NCBI GenBank assembly: GCA_030704615.1 | Contig: CM060733.1 | Span: 29,078,001 to 29,142,000, forward strand | Origin: Takakia lepidozioides | Taxonomy: Eukaryota > Plantae > Bryophyta | DNA length: 64,000 bases | Direction: 5' to 3' | In this document: piece by piece, positions 41,212 through 53,164 of the stretch | Numbering within the stretch: the first letter of the stretch is position 1 | Layout: each line of letters begins with the position of its first letter | Program-made: the position numbers and the translations under genes | Notes under the pieces: generated by a model | The model's input: only the letters and a program-made list of their open reading frames with translations | Databases searched by the model: none | Told to the model about the DNA's origin: nothing

Positions 41212-44200
41212 ATGGCGGAAAACCCGAGCGCTACAGTGTACTGCCCTCCTCAGGAGCATAGAGCTTCATTTCCGTGCAGAGGGGACATCTGCCGGGTGAT
41301 GGAGAAATATCTGTGCGTTCGATACCACCTGAAACCGGGGTCGGTTTTTTTGGAGGAGGAAAGGAAGGACTCTAACGGCCTTGTTGTCGAGAGTATTGTT
41401 GTGCTCCACGATGATTTCGGCGATGGCAGGGAATGGCGAGTTCCACCATCGGACAGCGTCATATACAGGGCTGTTGGGGACTTCATTTGCCCACCAAATG
41501 CACCTTCTATCCTGGCGCCTTCCACGAAACAATCCGCGAATCAGAGAGTGGCTACCTCAAAGAGAGAAGTCCGCAACGAAATAAATCCAGAGCCGAACCC
41601 ATCCATGAAGACGAGCGAGAACCGGGTTGTTCACAACCTGTCCGACTCAGACGAGGTCATGGAAGTTCCGAGGTCGTCCTGGAGATCAGGCAAGTCCTCA
41701 ATGGACGTCAGTGGAGGAGGGAATCATATTCCCAGCACGAGCACCGCAGTTCGATCTATTCTTGAAATTCTGCAAGGGCTTCACATGGAGGGACACCGGT
41801 CGGAGCTGGCCGGGCTGGACTACAGCAAGTTCGCAATTAAATCGGTTACATGTCTTCCCGCCGACGTCGACGGTAATATCTTCTTTGAGTTTCCTCCTCG
41901 GGCGGACTACTCGAGGGCGTCCGGAATGTTGACAGATATGGATAGAAAACATGACGGTCATCTTTGGTGCGTTACCAAAACCACCAGCATGAAGATGCTC
42001 GATGGTGTGCGGGTGCGCTACGTTGTTTGTGCGGGCGCGTTGCGGTGTTTCTCCCCAACTTGCTTCCACTTTAAATCCAGAGGTCACAGGAACGAGACCG
42101 ATTGGACAGGCACAGCTCATCAACCATTTCGAGCTCAGGAGAAGGTTCTGAACTCCACATTTAAGTGTGCGCATTGCAAAGAACCACCACACTGCATGTC
42201 TGTTTGTAATGCCAAGCAGTTCTATGTGTTGCATCGTTTCCCTGACCTCACCCGAGCTTGCATACACGTTGGTTCCCATTGTCACAAATTGGCGAGGGGG
42301 AACTCGCGGGAGGCTGCCCACGAAGCAGAGCAGCTCGTTCAGGAGGAGGTTAAGTTGAGACCGGGTGCCAAACCCAAACAGATACAGCTCCAAGCCGCCC
42401 ATAAGATGGCATTGGCCAGAATTATGTCGGAAGACGGCTCCGATAGAGTTCCTCTCGACGAGAAGGAAATGGAGGCATTGCTGGAGTCGGTGTCCCACGT
42501 ATGTTCACCGAATGTCCGAAACCACATTGTCTCATGCAAACAGAAAATTGGGCGTGGCTCAGATATGCACTCCATTCTGGAGGTGAAGCGACGATGTGGA
42601 TATGACTACATTCATGGAAGTAGGTTTCCAGGACAAGGGACTGAGGCAGATCGTTGTTTCGTATTCAAAATGTCCACGTGTGGACCTGGCAGCGGCGTCG
42701 AACTGGTCGACAGGATGACGAGTGGGAACTTGTCAAACAGTTGGGTCATGTTCGACCATATCAAGCGAATTACAAATCACCAGTGGGTGACAATGGGTGC
42801 ACATGTCTACGACACCCACTGCAGGATGCTAATGACAATTGCTATTTGTGAGATGAAAGGAGAGGACACACAATCGGAGATGCTTCTTTGGCAGGGAATA
42901 AACGAACAGATGGCCAAGGCGGGATTGCCCCCTCCCAATTTCCGTGGTTTCATGGCGGACAACGCACAAGCAAATTGGGCTGCCATCCGAAGGGTGTACG
43001 GGCAAGACCCCAATGTTCCCATGGAAGGCGAGGAGAGATCTTGTGGGTTCCATTTTCTGCAGAGCCTTTCGCAGTACACAACCAGGCTCGTGGCGCCAGA
43101 TTTCAGAGAGGAGCACCGTTCCATGTGCCTTGCGTGGAAGCGCGCTCCCACCTTGGATGATGCAGAGACACAGTTTGCATGCATACGGGCTTGGTGGACA
43201 TCGTCAGGTGCTATAAGGAAATCAGACGAGGGAGCAATGGTCAGTTGGCTAGCATGGTGGCATTATCGTTTCCTCCAGTTCGGCGACTATATGCGGGAGG
43301 TGAGTTGCACGAATTCGCGTCCCGTTGAATATTATTCTTGGCCATATTTGTAACTTGCTTGTAACCTCAACATGTGCTTGTGCAGGAAATGTGTCTCGAC
43401 TCCGACACCGACATGCCCACGACAAACATGGCCGAATCAGTGCACTCTTCCTGGCGTGCCTCCTCTGCGGCGCATCTGGTGGACATCCTCACTGCCACAA
43501 CGGAGGACATTGTGAGGTCAATTATGCAGCAATGCAGGTACAACGAGTTTTTGAAAGGGAAATAGTGGGGCTTGGGGCCGGACAGGCAGGAAATGCTGAT
43601 GCGGACTGCCTCTAGATCAAAGAATCCTCGGAAGTGGGCGGCGGCCTTGCGAGAGGGCCTTCGGGACACGCCGTTGCTGCGAAGAGGCCAACATTTGGAA
43701 GGAGATGTTCATACCCGTCCAGTGAGACGAAGACTTGACGAGGCACCTGGCGAAGAAGAGGATTCATGGCGAGCTGACAAGAATATTCGCACGCTCCCTC
43801 GTGGTCCGGTGATGTTGCCCGAGGAGGTCTCGTCGAGCACCGCAAGTCCTGCACGTTCAAGATCGCCATCTCCTTCGAGCACAGGGCGTGTGCCCCGGCA
43901 ACATAACGAGCCATCTGTAGTAAAGCAGTTCAACATTCCCATTGTGGAGACAAGAGTGTCGGAGTCACAGTGGAGAATTGCGAGGACATTGTCGGCATTT
44001 CGAGGGAAGTGCTGCGCCATCCGGGTGGATACGAGAGCACGTTGTGGTGAGATGATTCGGAGGAACCCACACGGTGCTGTACCTGCACCTTGTTTCAGCG
44101 GCAGATTTTTACTCCCACATTTGCTCACGCCACAACGCAGACATTTTGGTTCTGTAGGCACGACATAATGACCTGTGTATTTGGCAAGCCCAAGTACGGG

Positions 44201-44803
44201 ATTCAGGGAATGCCGGAGCCTCCGGGCGTCTGGCCTGTTGCACCGGGTTGCAGCCTCTCTCAGAATGAGGCGGATGCTCTATCTGCAGCAGGATTTCGAA
44301 TGGTGCAACGCACAGACATCCCGGCCCACGCATTTCCGGTTCTTCAGACCCAGCCATTGCAGACTGCTCGGTCCAGTAGAGACGGATTGGACAATTCTGC
44401 ACATCCCACAATGCAATTCGGAAGAGTGAAGAGACGACACCCTCCCAACAAGTTGAATGAGACTCGGATTGCCAATGCTCTTGGGATGGCTTGCACTATT
44501 CAAAGCTCCGTGGACGTACCCCCACCCGGCCTTGGGCGTGTGTATCGGATGGCAATGGCCGGCTCGGCTGTACGCGACGATGTATACACAATTACGATTG
44601 GAGTGGAGCCGACTTGCAATTGTACGGACTTCTCGTTGATGGAAGCAAAGAAGGGTTCGAAGTATTATCTGTGCAAGCATCTGTATTACATTTACCTGAA
44701 GAGGTTGAGGATGAACGTGACTATTGATGACTTTATTCATGCACCGGCGTTGAGCGTGAACGAGCTGCACAAACTCCTCCTTAGGGATTCCAGAAATCAT
44801 TGA
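41212..44803 (+). pseudogene. Mutator-family transposase (GCM/WRKY-like DNA-binding domain, DDE core, SWIM); intron 43300-43385
   Basis: DGHLW...VVCAGALRC...CAHC...HVGSHCH; VMFDH; FMADNAQA; CGFH; TTNMAESVH; SWIM CNCTDF...CKH. In-frame TAG at 43563-43565 and a frameshift near 44100. Confidence 0.85.
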
Positions 44804-44959
44804 TGGGGCAAAGGGAATCCTCCATATGGATATTTTCAATTGCATTTTGCTGTATCAGACTTTTTTTTGCAGTGTAATGAAATGCACCCCAAAACTCCTG
44901 GAATGAGGCAATATTCCATTCAAACTGAGATCCAACAGAAGCAGTTGTGGGGCCATTTA

Positions 44960-45320
44960 TGGAAAAATGGCGCCGAATTTCTCTTTTTGGGGCCGAAAAC
45001 TGGCTAAGTCCCAACATGCACTGGTACCTGTGTCTGGGAAAATGGCGCCAAATTTCTCTTTTTTGGGCCGAAAACTGGCTAAGTCCCAACATACATTGGT
45101 ACCGTGTCTGGAAAAATGGCGCCGAATTTCTCTTTTTTGGGCTGAAAACTGGCCAAGTCCGATTATGCACTGGAAAAATGGCGCCGAATTACCTGTCATG
45201 AGGGGACCTATAGCCGCGGAATTCGGCACCATTTTTCTCCAGAGAGACCTATTACCGCGAAATACGTCGCCGTTTTTTCAGGTTACGGACCCTATTACCG
45301 CGAAATTCGGCGCCATATTT
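44960..45320. repeat. Subterminal ~74-bp array with the same GGCGCC motif
   Basis: AAAATGGCGCC(G/A)AATT at 44969, 45044, 45118 and 45180, with an inverted copy near 45309. Confidence 0.85.
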
Positions 45321-45749
45321 GCACATGTCGCTGGGAATTGACATGAGCGGAAGACGAAATATCATGAGCACAACTGTCAAAACTGCAAGTTTCCCTTCAA
45401 GGGGCCGAATAATATATTTGTTTTTCCTGACACATTGCATTAAAGTATTGTTTTTTATTATTTGTTATTTTCGAAATTTGTACTTCTGCTCATGAAAACC
45501 GATTGTCTTACTACTCCGCTCATGCCGCTCATGCTCATGAAATAGCAAACCTCCTTGCAAGGACCCAAGTGAGATAAGTCTGGTGGGGGTAGCATCTTGG
45601 GGGATGGCAGTTAGGGCAATGTGTGTCTAGGGCAATATATGTCATAGCAGCAGGTGACGTGCTGCCAATTTTGAGGAGAGAGACAGCCTGTAAGCTGTAG
45701 ATTTGTATCAGTGGTTTCTTCTGACACATATTGCTCCCAGTTTGCCACA

Positions 45750-45905
45750 ACCAGTTTTGTTTGCGTTTGTAGTGCATGTGCGAGCCTGCTGGGGAAGGGC
45801 AAAGAGGTCCATGGTTGCATCGTCAAAGCTGGAATTGTGGCAGATGTCATTATGAACAATACCCTTGTGGACTGGGAGTGTTCAACAATATGGCTGAGCA
45901 AAGGA
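45750..45905 (+). pseudogene. Further captured PPR fragment
   Basis: FVCVCSACASLLGKGKEVHGCIVKAG, near-identical to 29728-29880. Confidence 0.75.
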
Positions 45906-45921
45906 TAAAGTGTAATGACTG

Positions 45922-47003
45922 CTAATGAAGGTACCTTCTTCAATTTCACCTTGTTTTCCCCTCTTATCAGAATCGCCCCTAATTATTCATGTCTGAATTC
46001 TGCAAGTTAGCTGGTTGAGTGAAGCTTTGATAGTTTGGAGTGACTTTGACATGATTCTGCCAATGTGACAACAGGAAAGTATCAGAAATAGGTAACACAG
46101 ACGAGGAGAAGTTGTGGAATGAATACTTTTCTGACCCCAGTCAATGGTGGGACAATCGAGGCAAGAAGGTGAATGTTTGTTGGATTATAGAGAGTAGCAG
46201 ATGCAATTGAGCGTAGGAACTAGTGTGATAAGTTGAGTTGGGTGCTTCCTAGAACAAGTCTAGGCTGTCATCGTCAACTGCTAGCAACAAGGCAAGGTTG
46301 TATGCATGATTCGTGCGAGGCATGGATAGCTGAAGTAGCAAGGATAGAGTGTGGGTGCAGATTCACCCAAGAGGGCCGGACTTCAAGCTCCAGATTAACT
46401 ATGAAGCTACAAGAAACCTGCATGGGTAGATGGTCAACTGGCAGCAACGGCACAATTGATAAAATCAGACATTGTTAATGAAGGCATCTTCTTCAGCACA
46501 TTTCACCCTGTTTTTCCCTCTTATCAGAATCGGCCCAAAATTTCCATGTTGAATTCTGCAAGTTAGCTGGTTGAGTGAATCTAGTTTGGAGTGACTTTGA
46601 CATGATATTGCTATGTGACAACAAGAAAGTATCAAAAGCCAAGTAACAGACATGAGGAGAAGCTGTGGAATGAATACTTTTCTGCCCCCAGTCAATGATG
46701 GGACAACCGAGGCAAAAAGGTGAATGCTTGCTACATTTTAGAGAGTAGCAGACGCAATTGAGCATAAGAACTAGTGTGATAAGCAGAGTTGGGTGTTTCA
46801 TAGAACAAATGTAGGTTGTCATTGTCAGCTACTAGCAGCAAGGCAAGGATGAATGCATGATTTGTGCAGGGGCATGGATAGCTGAAGGAGCAAGGATAGA
46901 GTGTGGTCCAGATTCATCCTAGAGGGCCAAATTTCAAGCACAAGATTACCTATGATTCCCTGTGGATCAATAACTACAAGAAACCTCCATGGGTAGATGG
47001 TCT
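45922..47003. repeat. Diverged ~520-bp direct duplication within the CACTA cargo
   Basis: 45922-46437 and 46476-47003 share their start (TAATGAAGG...CTCTTATCAGAATCG) and end (CATGGGTAGATGGTC). Confidence 0.8.
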
Positions 47004-47847
47004 ATTCCGTGGAACTCACTGAAGTCTTGCATTATGAGGATCAAAACTGCTTTGCAGCTTACTTGCACGAGGCCTTGACCCTTAGGCAATCCCCAGAGCA
47101 GCAGTAGCTTTTGGGCTGCTTTTTTACTTTGTGTTTTTCATTTTGTCCCATAAGCTCTTTGAGCTTTCCGCAGATGTAATAAAGTACCATTTTGTTTCAT
47201 TTCATTTTGTTTCATTGCATGTCTTTTATCGTTTGTGCATTTCTAATGCATGATTAGTTCTCTTGTATGGCATTACTAGTCGACTCACTACAAACACCAA
47301 AACTCCAAAGCATGAATCACTATGAATGATTGTTCAAGTAATTTCGAGCACTTCATGTAAAGTAGTAAAGCAGTGGTTGCGCCAACTTCCGCAGTCGCAA
47401 TTGCCACTTGGGCATGTAGCACTGCAAGTTATGTGGTGTACTACCACGTGGCGCCCCGCGCCCGTGGCCGTGGCAGCAGTGCTGCTCGTCGTGGCGCCGC
47501 CACGTTGGTCCACATCGTCGTCCACGTCCGCGTCCATGTGTCACCGCGCTTCGGTGAGTCGGTCCACTCATCCGGAGGGAAAAGTCAAAATCAGCCCAAA
47601 AGGTCAGACACACGGGCGGCCCGCCTGGTTACGCCACGTGGTTCTTCAGCATTAATCGCATTAATCGTTGAGCAGTTGTTTGTGCGTCTGCGTTCTTTAC
47701 CACTCCAATCATTGGATGTCCAACCCAACTACCACGTCTGTTGTAACTAGTCATTTGTAACTTCCAGTCGATCCCAGTTTTTTGACTTTTACGACTCAAA
47801 ATGAGTCGTTACCCCAGTGGTAAATGACACGAATGCTTCTAGTTGTG

Positions 47848-48868
47848 TGAGCACCGCTCCAAGCCCCAGCATGCTCCAATCCGTATGCAACTGAAAGGGA
47901 CGCCCCCTGATAGGTCGTCTCAGGATAGGCGCCGAGGTCAACCTCGCCTTGAGCTCTTGAAAAGCTCGTTCATGCTCATCTTCCCACTGCCACTCCTGGT
48001 CCACCTTGGTTAGCTTGGTTAGAGCCTTTGCAATGGCATTAAATCCCTTGACAAACCGTCTATAATAGTTTGCCAACCCCATGAAAGCTCGAACTCGGCT
48101 CACATCCGTGGGGCGTGGAATTTGTGCAATGGCCTCTACCTTAGTCTGCTGTACCCCCAATCCTCCAAGATATATCATGTGACCCAGATACTCAATCTGG
48201 TTGTGGAAAAACTTGCACTTCCCCGGATGCAACTTCAATCCGTGCGCTCTCAAGCGCTCCAATACCACCTGAAGGTGTCTCTCATGCTCCTCTACCGTAA
48301 CACTAAAGATGATGATGTCATCTATGTAGCACCGAGCAAAGTCCACCCCTGCTAGAATCCTATCCATGACTCTCTGAAACTTTGCAGGAGCATTCTTAAG
48401 CCCAAATGGTAAGAACCGCCACTGATATAGGCAATCCTTGTCGTGCTCATTGATCCCCCAGAATGTCGTCTTCGGCTTGTCCGCCTCCTTGATTGGCAAC
48501 TGGTGATATCCGGATCGTAAATCCAAAGTGCTAAAGACCTTAGCATGCCCGATGGCATCAAAGATCTCATCTGGTGTTGGCATGGCATACTTATTGGACT
48601 TGGTCTGATGATTTACAAGCCGGTAATCACTGCACATACGTCTCTCCGGCCAATTGCCATAGACATCCTTCTTGGCTGGCATCACTGTGGCTGAAGCATA
48701 CTCTCCACTAGAGAGCTCCACCAAACCTGCCTCCCAGAGATCTTGAGTCCTCATCTGAATCAAAGACCTCTCCATGTCACTGTATCTATAGGGTCTCCGA
48801 AAGATTGGCGTGTCAGTGGCCAACTCAATACGGATCTCTTGACCCTTCAGTGCTCCCAAGTCCTTCAA
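47848..48868 (-). pseudogene. Ty3/gypsy reverse transcriptase and start of RNase H
   Basis: FSTLDLRSGYHQ, LPFGLKNAP, YIDDIIIFS and FQLHTDWS...GAVLTQ. Confidence 0.95.
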
Positions 48869-49329
48869 ACTGAAGGCAAATCAATTCTTGTAAGCCCTCA
48901 GGAACCGCCGTATACGTCGTCTCTCTCCTCCGGTGACAATGGGTCCAATGTCAGATTCCCAATTGTCCTCCGTAACTGCAACCTTAAGTCCAGTGGGCTT
49001 AGAGGTAGAGGACGCGTCCAGTGGTTGCTATGTTGCAACCTCTTGAGTAGTACTCCCTACCTGCTCAGTCAGTGACAAGGCCTCATCCTGCCCCATCATC
49101 TTATCCTCAAGGACTTCCTCCACCTGAGAAAAATCCCCAACCTCATCTATCACCGCCACCTTGGCTGCCAACTCCCTCTGAACCTCGAGCACCTCCCACG
49201 TGTGCCATGGATGCCTGCACCCCGTGGTCCTCACATGCTCGCCCCCACTCACTGCCTGTACCGTCTCAGTAGGCAGAGAGACCATCGAGGGAAGTGTACT
49301 CCGCACTTTGCGTTGCTCAGCCATAGCCA

Positions 49330-50270
49330 AGCTGATAATCCAGGTCAAGCAATTGAGATCCATTGCTTGCCCCAACACCTGACGACGTGATGCCTCAGAA
49401 AGAGACGACACCGCCGTGGTACTAGTGGTAAAACCCATTGCCCGCTCACGCTCGTCAGCATTAGGCTCCACTAACTGCTGCAACTGAGCATCCCACAGGA
49501 GGCCAGGTCCACTATCCCGGAAAGCATGCGATCCTGGGAAGCTGAGCAGTGTAGGTAATGCTGCTCGTGGTTGACCCACCTTGTTGACCACTGCCAAAGG
49601 CGAACGGTCATCGTGTCTCACACGCTGAGACTGCCTCCATGTGTCCAAAATGATATCCACTGTGAGATGTGCTGGCCACTGCACCCCATCAAATGCACAC
49701 TTGAGTAGTGCGGGTGGCATCAAGTTAGTCCACCATAGCCGTGGACGATGAGCCCGTGACCCCATTGTAGTTGCATCTAGCAACACTGCTGACCCAAGCC
49801 ACGACCGGACTTGATGCACACTGGCCATCACCCTGGCCCAAGAATCGCCCATCAGTGGCACATTCTCCAAGATGTATGCTGGAGATACAGCTTGATGAAG
49901 CTGCAAGTGGCGCAAAACCCGCACCATCTCCCAAAATAGACCTGACCTCGAGTCTCGCAATCCATTGCCATGCCCGGCTGATGAATGCCCTTGGCAGGGC
50001 CAACCTACCACTACCAGATCAATGGAGCCAACCCACTCCAAATCTTGCGCCCCCAGCTGATATCCACGAATTGCAGACACCGGCAACAACTCAGGATACC
50101 GCTACACCAACTGAGCAACATGGCGAAGTGAAACGCGTCATTCAGTCTCATCCCTCTCCACATACAGGTAACGCCAAACTCGTACACCTGCCTGTAACAC
50201 AGCAGCCAATCCGGTGCTGATCCCGCCAAACAAGTCCAGAAGACAAATGCCTTCATCCGGATACTGCCAC
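49330..50270 (-). pseudogene. DNMT3-like cytosine-5 DNA methyltransferase domain inside gypsy pol
   Basis: Motif I LDLFGGISTG...YLYVE, IV GWPCQGHS, VI YILENV, VIII DA...SRAHRPRLWWTN, IX ERERAMGF, X QVLGQAM. In-frame stop near 50136. Confidence 0.92.
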
Positions 50271-50559
50271 ACAATAGGTGTGGTGTCCAATGGAGACAAC
50301 TGAGGTGGTCTTGGTGCAATCCCCGCACTCTCCTCCTCTCATGACGGTACAAAAGCCTCCACCCAGGCTTGTTGCACCCGTCGATCAGCATCCCGCTGCA
50401 AATCCTTGCTCGTGCCCCACGATGGAGTCTGAGCAACCATGGTAGGCAACTCCGCCATACCATACATGTCATCCTGCTCTTCCGGAGGTGGCATATCCTC
50501 TGAATGAGCGTTGCCCTCAAGCAACTCTCCAGGCCAACTCACTGCCGCTGTGAATGCTG

Positions 50560-53164
50560 CTAGTGTCGGCATCTTGCCTCGCTGGGAACCGCAACTCCTC
50601 CTATGAACGTCACAGGGAGCTGCACGCGCCGGCCCTCCCCTGACTGCCATGCAGGCCTATAGGAAGCTGACTCCTCCCAAAAATCTAGGGTGAAGCCCAT
50701 GGGGTACAACACTGCCCCACCAACCAGGACATCGTACGAGACCGCGTCTGTCACAATGGCCTTGGCTCTCATCACTGAGCCATCTGTAGGATGATCCAGC
50801 TGTAGTCTGATAGCCAGCTCACGCCGTGTCATGCCCCGAGTCTGCTCTGATCCTCCCAGAGACGTCTGTATCTGGAAAGGACAAGGCTCCATATCCGCCT
50901 CCGTGAGGCCCAAGCCTGCAATAGCAGCTCTGCCCAGCATCAATGGCTGAGCTCCTGAGTCCAACAAGACCCGTAGTGGCCGGTACCTCTTGCCTGCCGA
51001 TCCACTCAAACAGAAAATGCCATCTTGGTTGTCCAACATGACAACTCCAGGTATCACCATGGCGCGCTCAATGGCTGGCCTAGCTGGCAGCTCCATCAAC
51101 CTGGCAGCTGCAGCTTGCCATGGCGCCGCCGTGGTAGTCTTGACCCTCAAATCCGAGGATCCCTCCGGCACTACACCTCCCACTATCTCCGCAGAAGATG
51201 AAGTAACCTCCCCACTCTCACAGAGTGTAGCTGCGAGCCTGAACACCTCAGCTGGTCTTACCCCCGGCGTTGCAATCATGGTAGCCGAGAACAATGGAGC
51301 CTGGCACATAGATGTGGCCACTCCTAGCAGCACACTAGCTGCCGTAGCCTTGGCAACACCAGGTAGTGGTGCTACCCATGTAACTCTCCCCAATGGCATA
51401 GTAACCTCTGCCTCGGTAACAGTCGGGCGAGAGCTAGGTGCCATGGATGGCGTCGACACTGTCTCCGCCAATGTGAATGACTGAGGAAGCCTAGCCTGAC
51501 GGCTTGCCTCCCCACACTGTGGATCCAACTCCACCTCTGCACCTCGTGGCTCAGGAACTCGTGCTGCTCCTCGAGTCACGGCTGCAGCAGACTCCACCTG
51601 CACTAGTGGTAGTGCTGCTCCGCACATGAATCCCATGCCTCCCATATCTCCTCCCTCAGGAGCAGGAGGTGGACCATCCGGCCTTGGAGCCGGTACCACC
51701 TGAGCTGTAGCCATGGCAGCGAGCCTCTGCTCTAGCTGCTGAAACCGGTTGGTCATGGCTTGGTCAACACCCTGATCTCCGCGTCCTTGGCCATGTTGAG
51801 CTTGCCATTGGCCTGCACCTCGTGCCTGGCCACCTCTCCCTCTCTGGGCTGCTCCACCTCGCCCCCGGCCACCATTGTTCCCTTGGAATTGGCCTGGGCG
51901 CAACTCAGGATGCAAACCATAACACTGGGCCTCTCCGTGCCCGTGCTTGCCACAATGCCCACACTGCAACTGTGCAGGCTGTGCATGTGCCGGCCCTTTG
52001 CCTCCCTCTGAGCAATCCTTCTTGACATGGGGTCCTCCACATGTCCAGCACACCACATCCGCCCGTTGTTGGCCAGCAAATGAAGGAAGAGATCCCTGCA
52101 TCTGAGGTCATCTCTGCCCTTCCCTGAACTTCACCTGAGCCCCCTTGTTGCCTTGAGCACGTTGAGGTAGTGGTTGGCTGGGAGCACCACTACCCCGTGG
52201 TGTCTCCTTAGCAAATCCCACCATGACCACTCGTTCCTCCACCAAGTTGAGCTCTATCCGCTCTGCCAGCAAAAACACATTTGCTAAGGTGGGTTGGGCC
52301 GCTTGTAGGAGAGTTGCATCTCGCACCCTTCTCGTCAGCTCCTTGTCCAATATCCCATACCAGAATTAGATTGCCTGAGCTTCCGTAACCCCTTGGGTTA
52401 CATTTATCAAGCGCCTCATGCGAGTGAAAAGCCTCCTTCAAGCTCTCGGTCGGTTTCCGTTGGAACTCTTGCAAGCTCCGCAACTTCTCTGTCCTCACCC
52501 CTTAGTAGTTCTCTCTCAACTCTTCGAAGAACTCCACAACAGGGTTGAAGGCAGGCACGGGTACTAGTGTTGGTGTGGTAGTGGCTTGGGTGGACGTCGT
52601 AACTATTGTACCACCAGTCCCACTAGTCCCACTGCTGCTTGCTGAAGCTGCCGGTGCAGCGGCAGGTGTAGCCACTGCCCTCGTGGCTCTAGTGCCCCTA
52701 GTGATGGAGACATAGTCGAGTGACCAGTATATCCTCCACTCCTTGATCTCAACCTCATGCCCCCGCCTGAACTCATGGTAATCATCCATAGGCGGCCCCT
52801 CAAGGTGCTGAAACAGCCCCTTCCATGCCATGAAAGGCGTAAATAGTTGTGGATTGCGCATTTGCTGCAAATCACACCAACTATCAAATTCTTGGATAAA
52901 ATCATCCAACTTGATGGTGCCCACCGCCCCAGAGTACCTTCGTGGCCCCTTGGTAGCTCCATACATCTCCTCCATTGTGTCCCACAACAATGACAAGGAA
53001 ACAACTTGCACCGCCGGTATGAGTTCTCCTGATTCACAATCCGAATCAGAACCTTCCGTAGAAGACACAGGAGGTGAAGGTGGCCTAAACCGCACACCTC
53101 GTCTTGTGTACCCACTAGTATTGCTAGTGCTCGAACCGGCACTGTCCCCAGCAACTAGTGGCAC
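50560..53164 (-). pseudogene. Gypsy gag (two CCHC knuckles) and aspartic protease
   Basis: CWTCGGPHVKKDC, CGHCGKHGHGEAQC and VLLDSGAQ, with stops and frameshifts in gag. Confidence 0.85.

Larger units (their letters stand above)
32472..45553. mobile_element. Mutator-like DNA transposon (MULE), ~13.1 kb, with two divergent genes
   Basis: Short imperfect TIRs G(G/A)GG(G/T)(C/T)TGCTATTTCATGAGC(GG)CATGAGC at both ends. Flanking duplication (C)CTTGCAAG(G) at 32463-32472 and 45553-45562 (8 or 10 bp; the palindromic target makes the ends uncertain by 1 bp). Confidence 0.9.
28335..47844. mobile_element. Non-autonomous CACTA (Pack-CACTA) element with captured gene fragments and a nested MULE
   Basis: TIRs CACTATAAGCATTCGTGTC (28335-28353) and GACACGAATGCTTCTAGTT (47826-47844), 17/19 match. 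3-bp TSD GTG (28332-28334, 47845-47847). Removing it restores gypsy RNase H GAVLTQVDDEGREF in frame. Confidence 0.9.
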
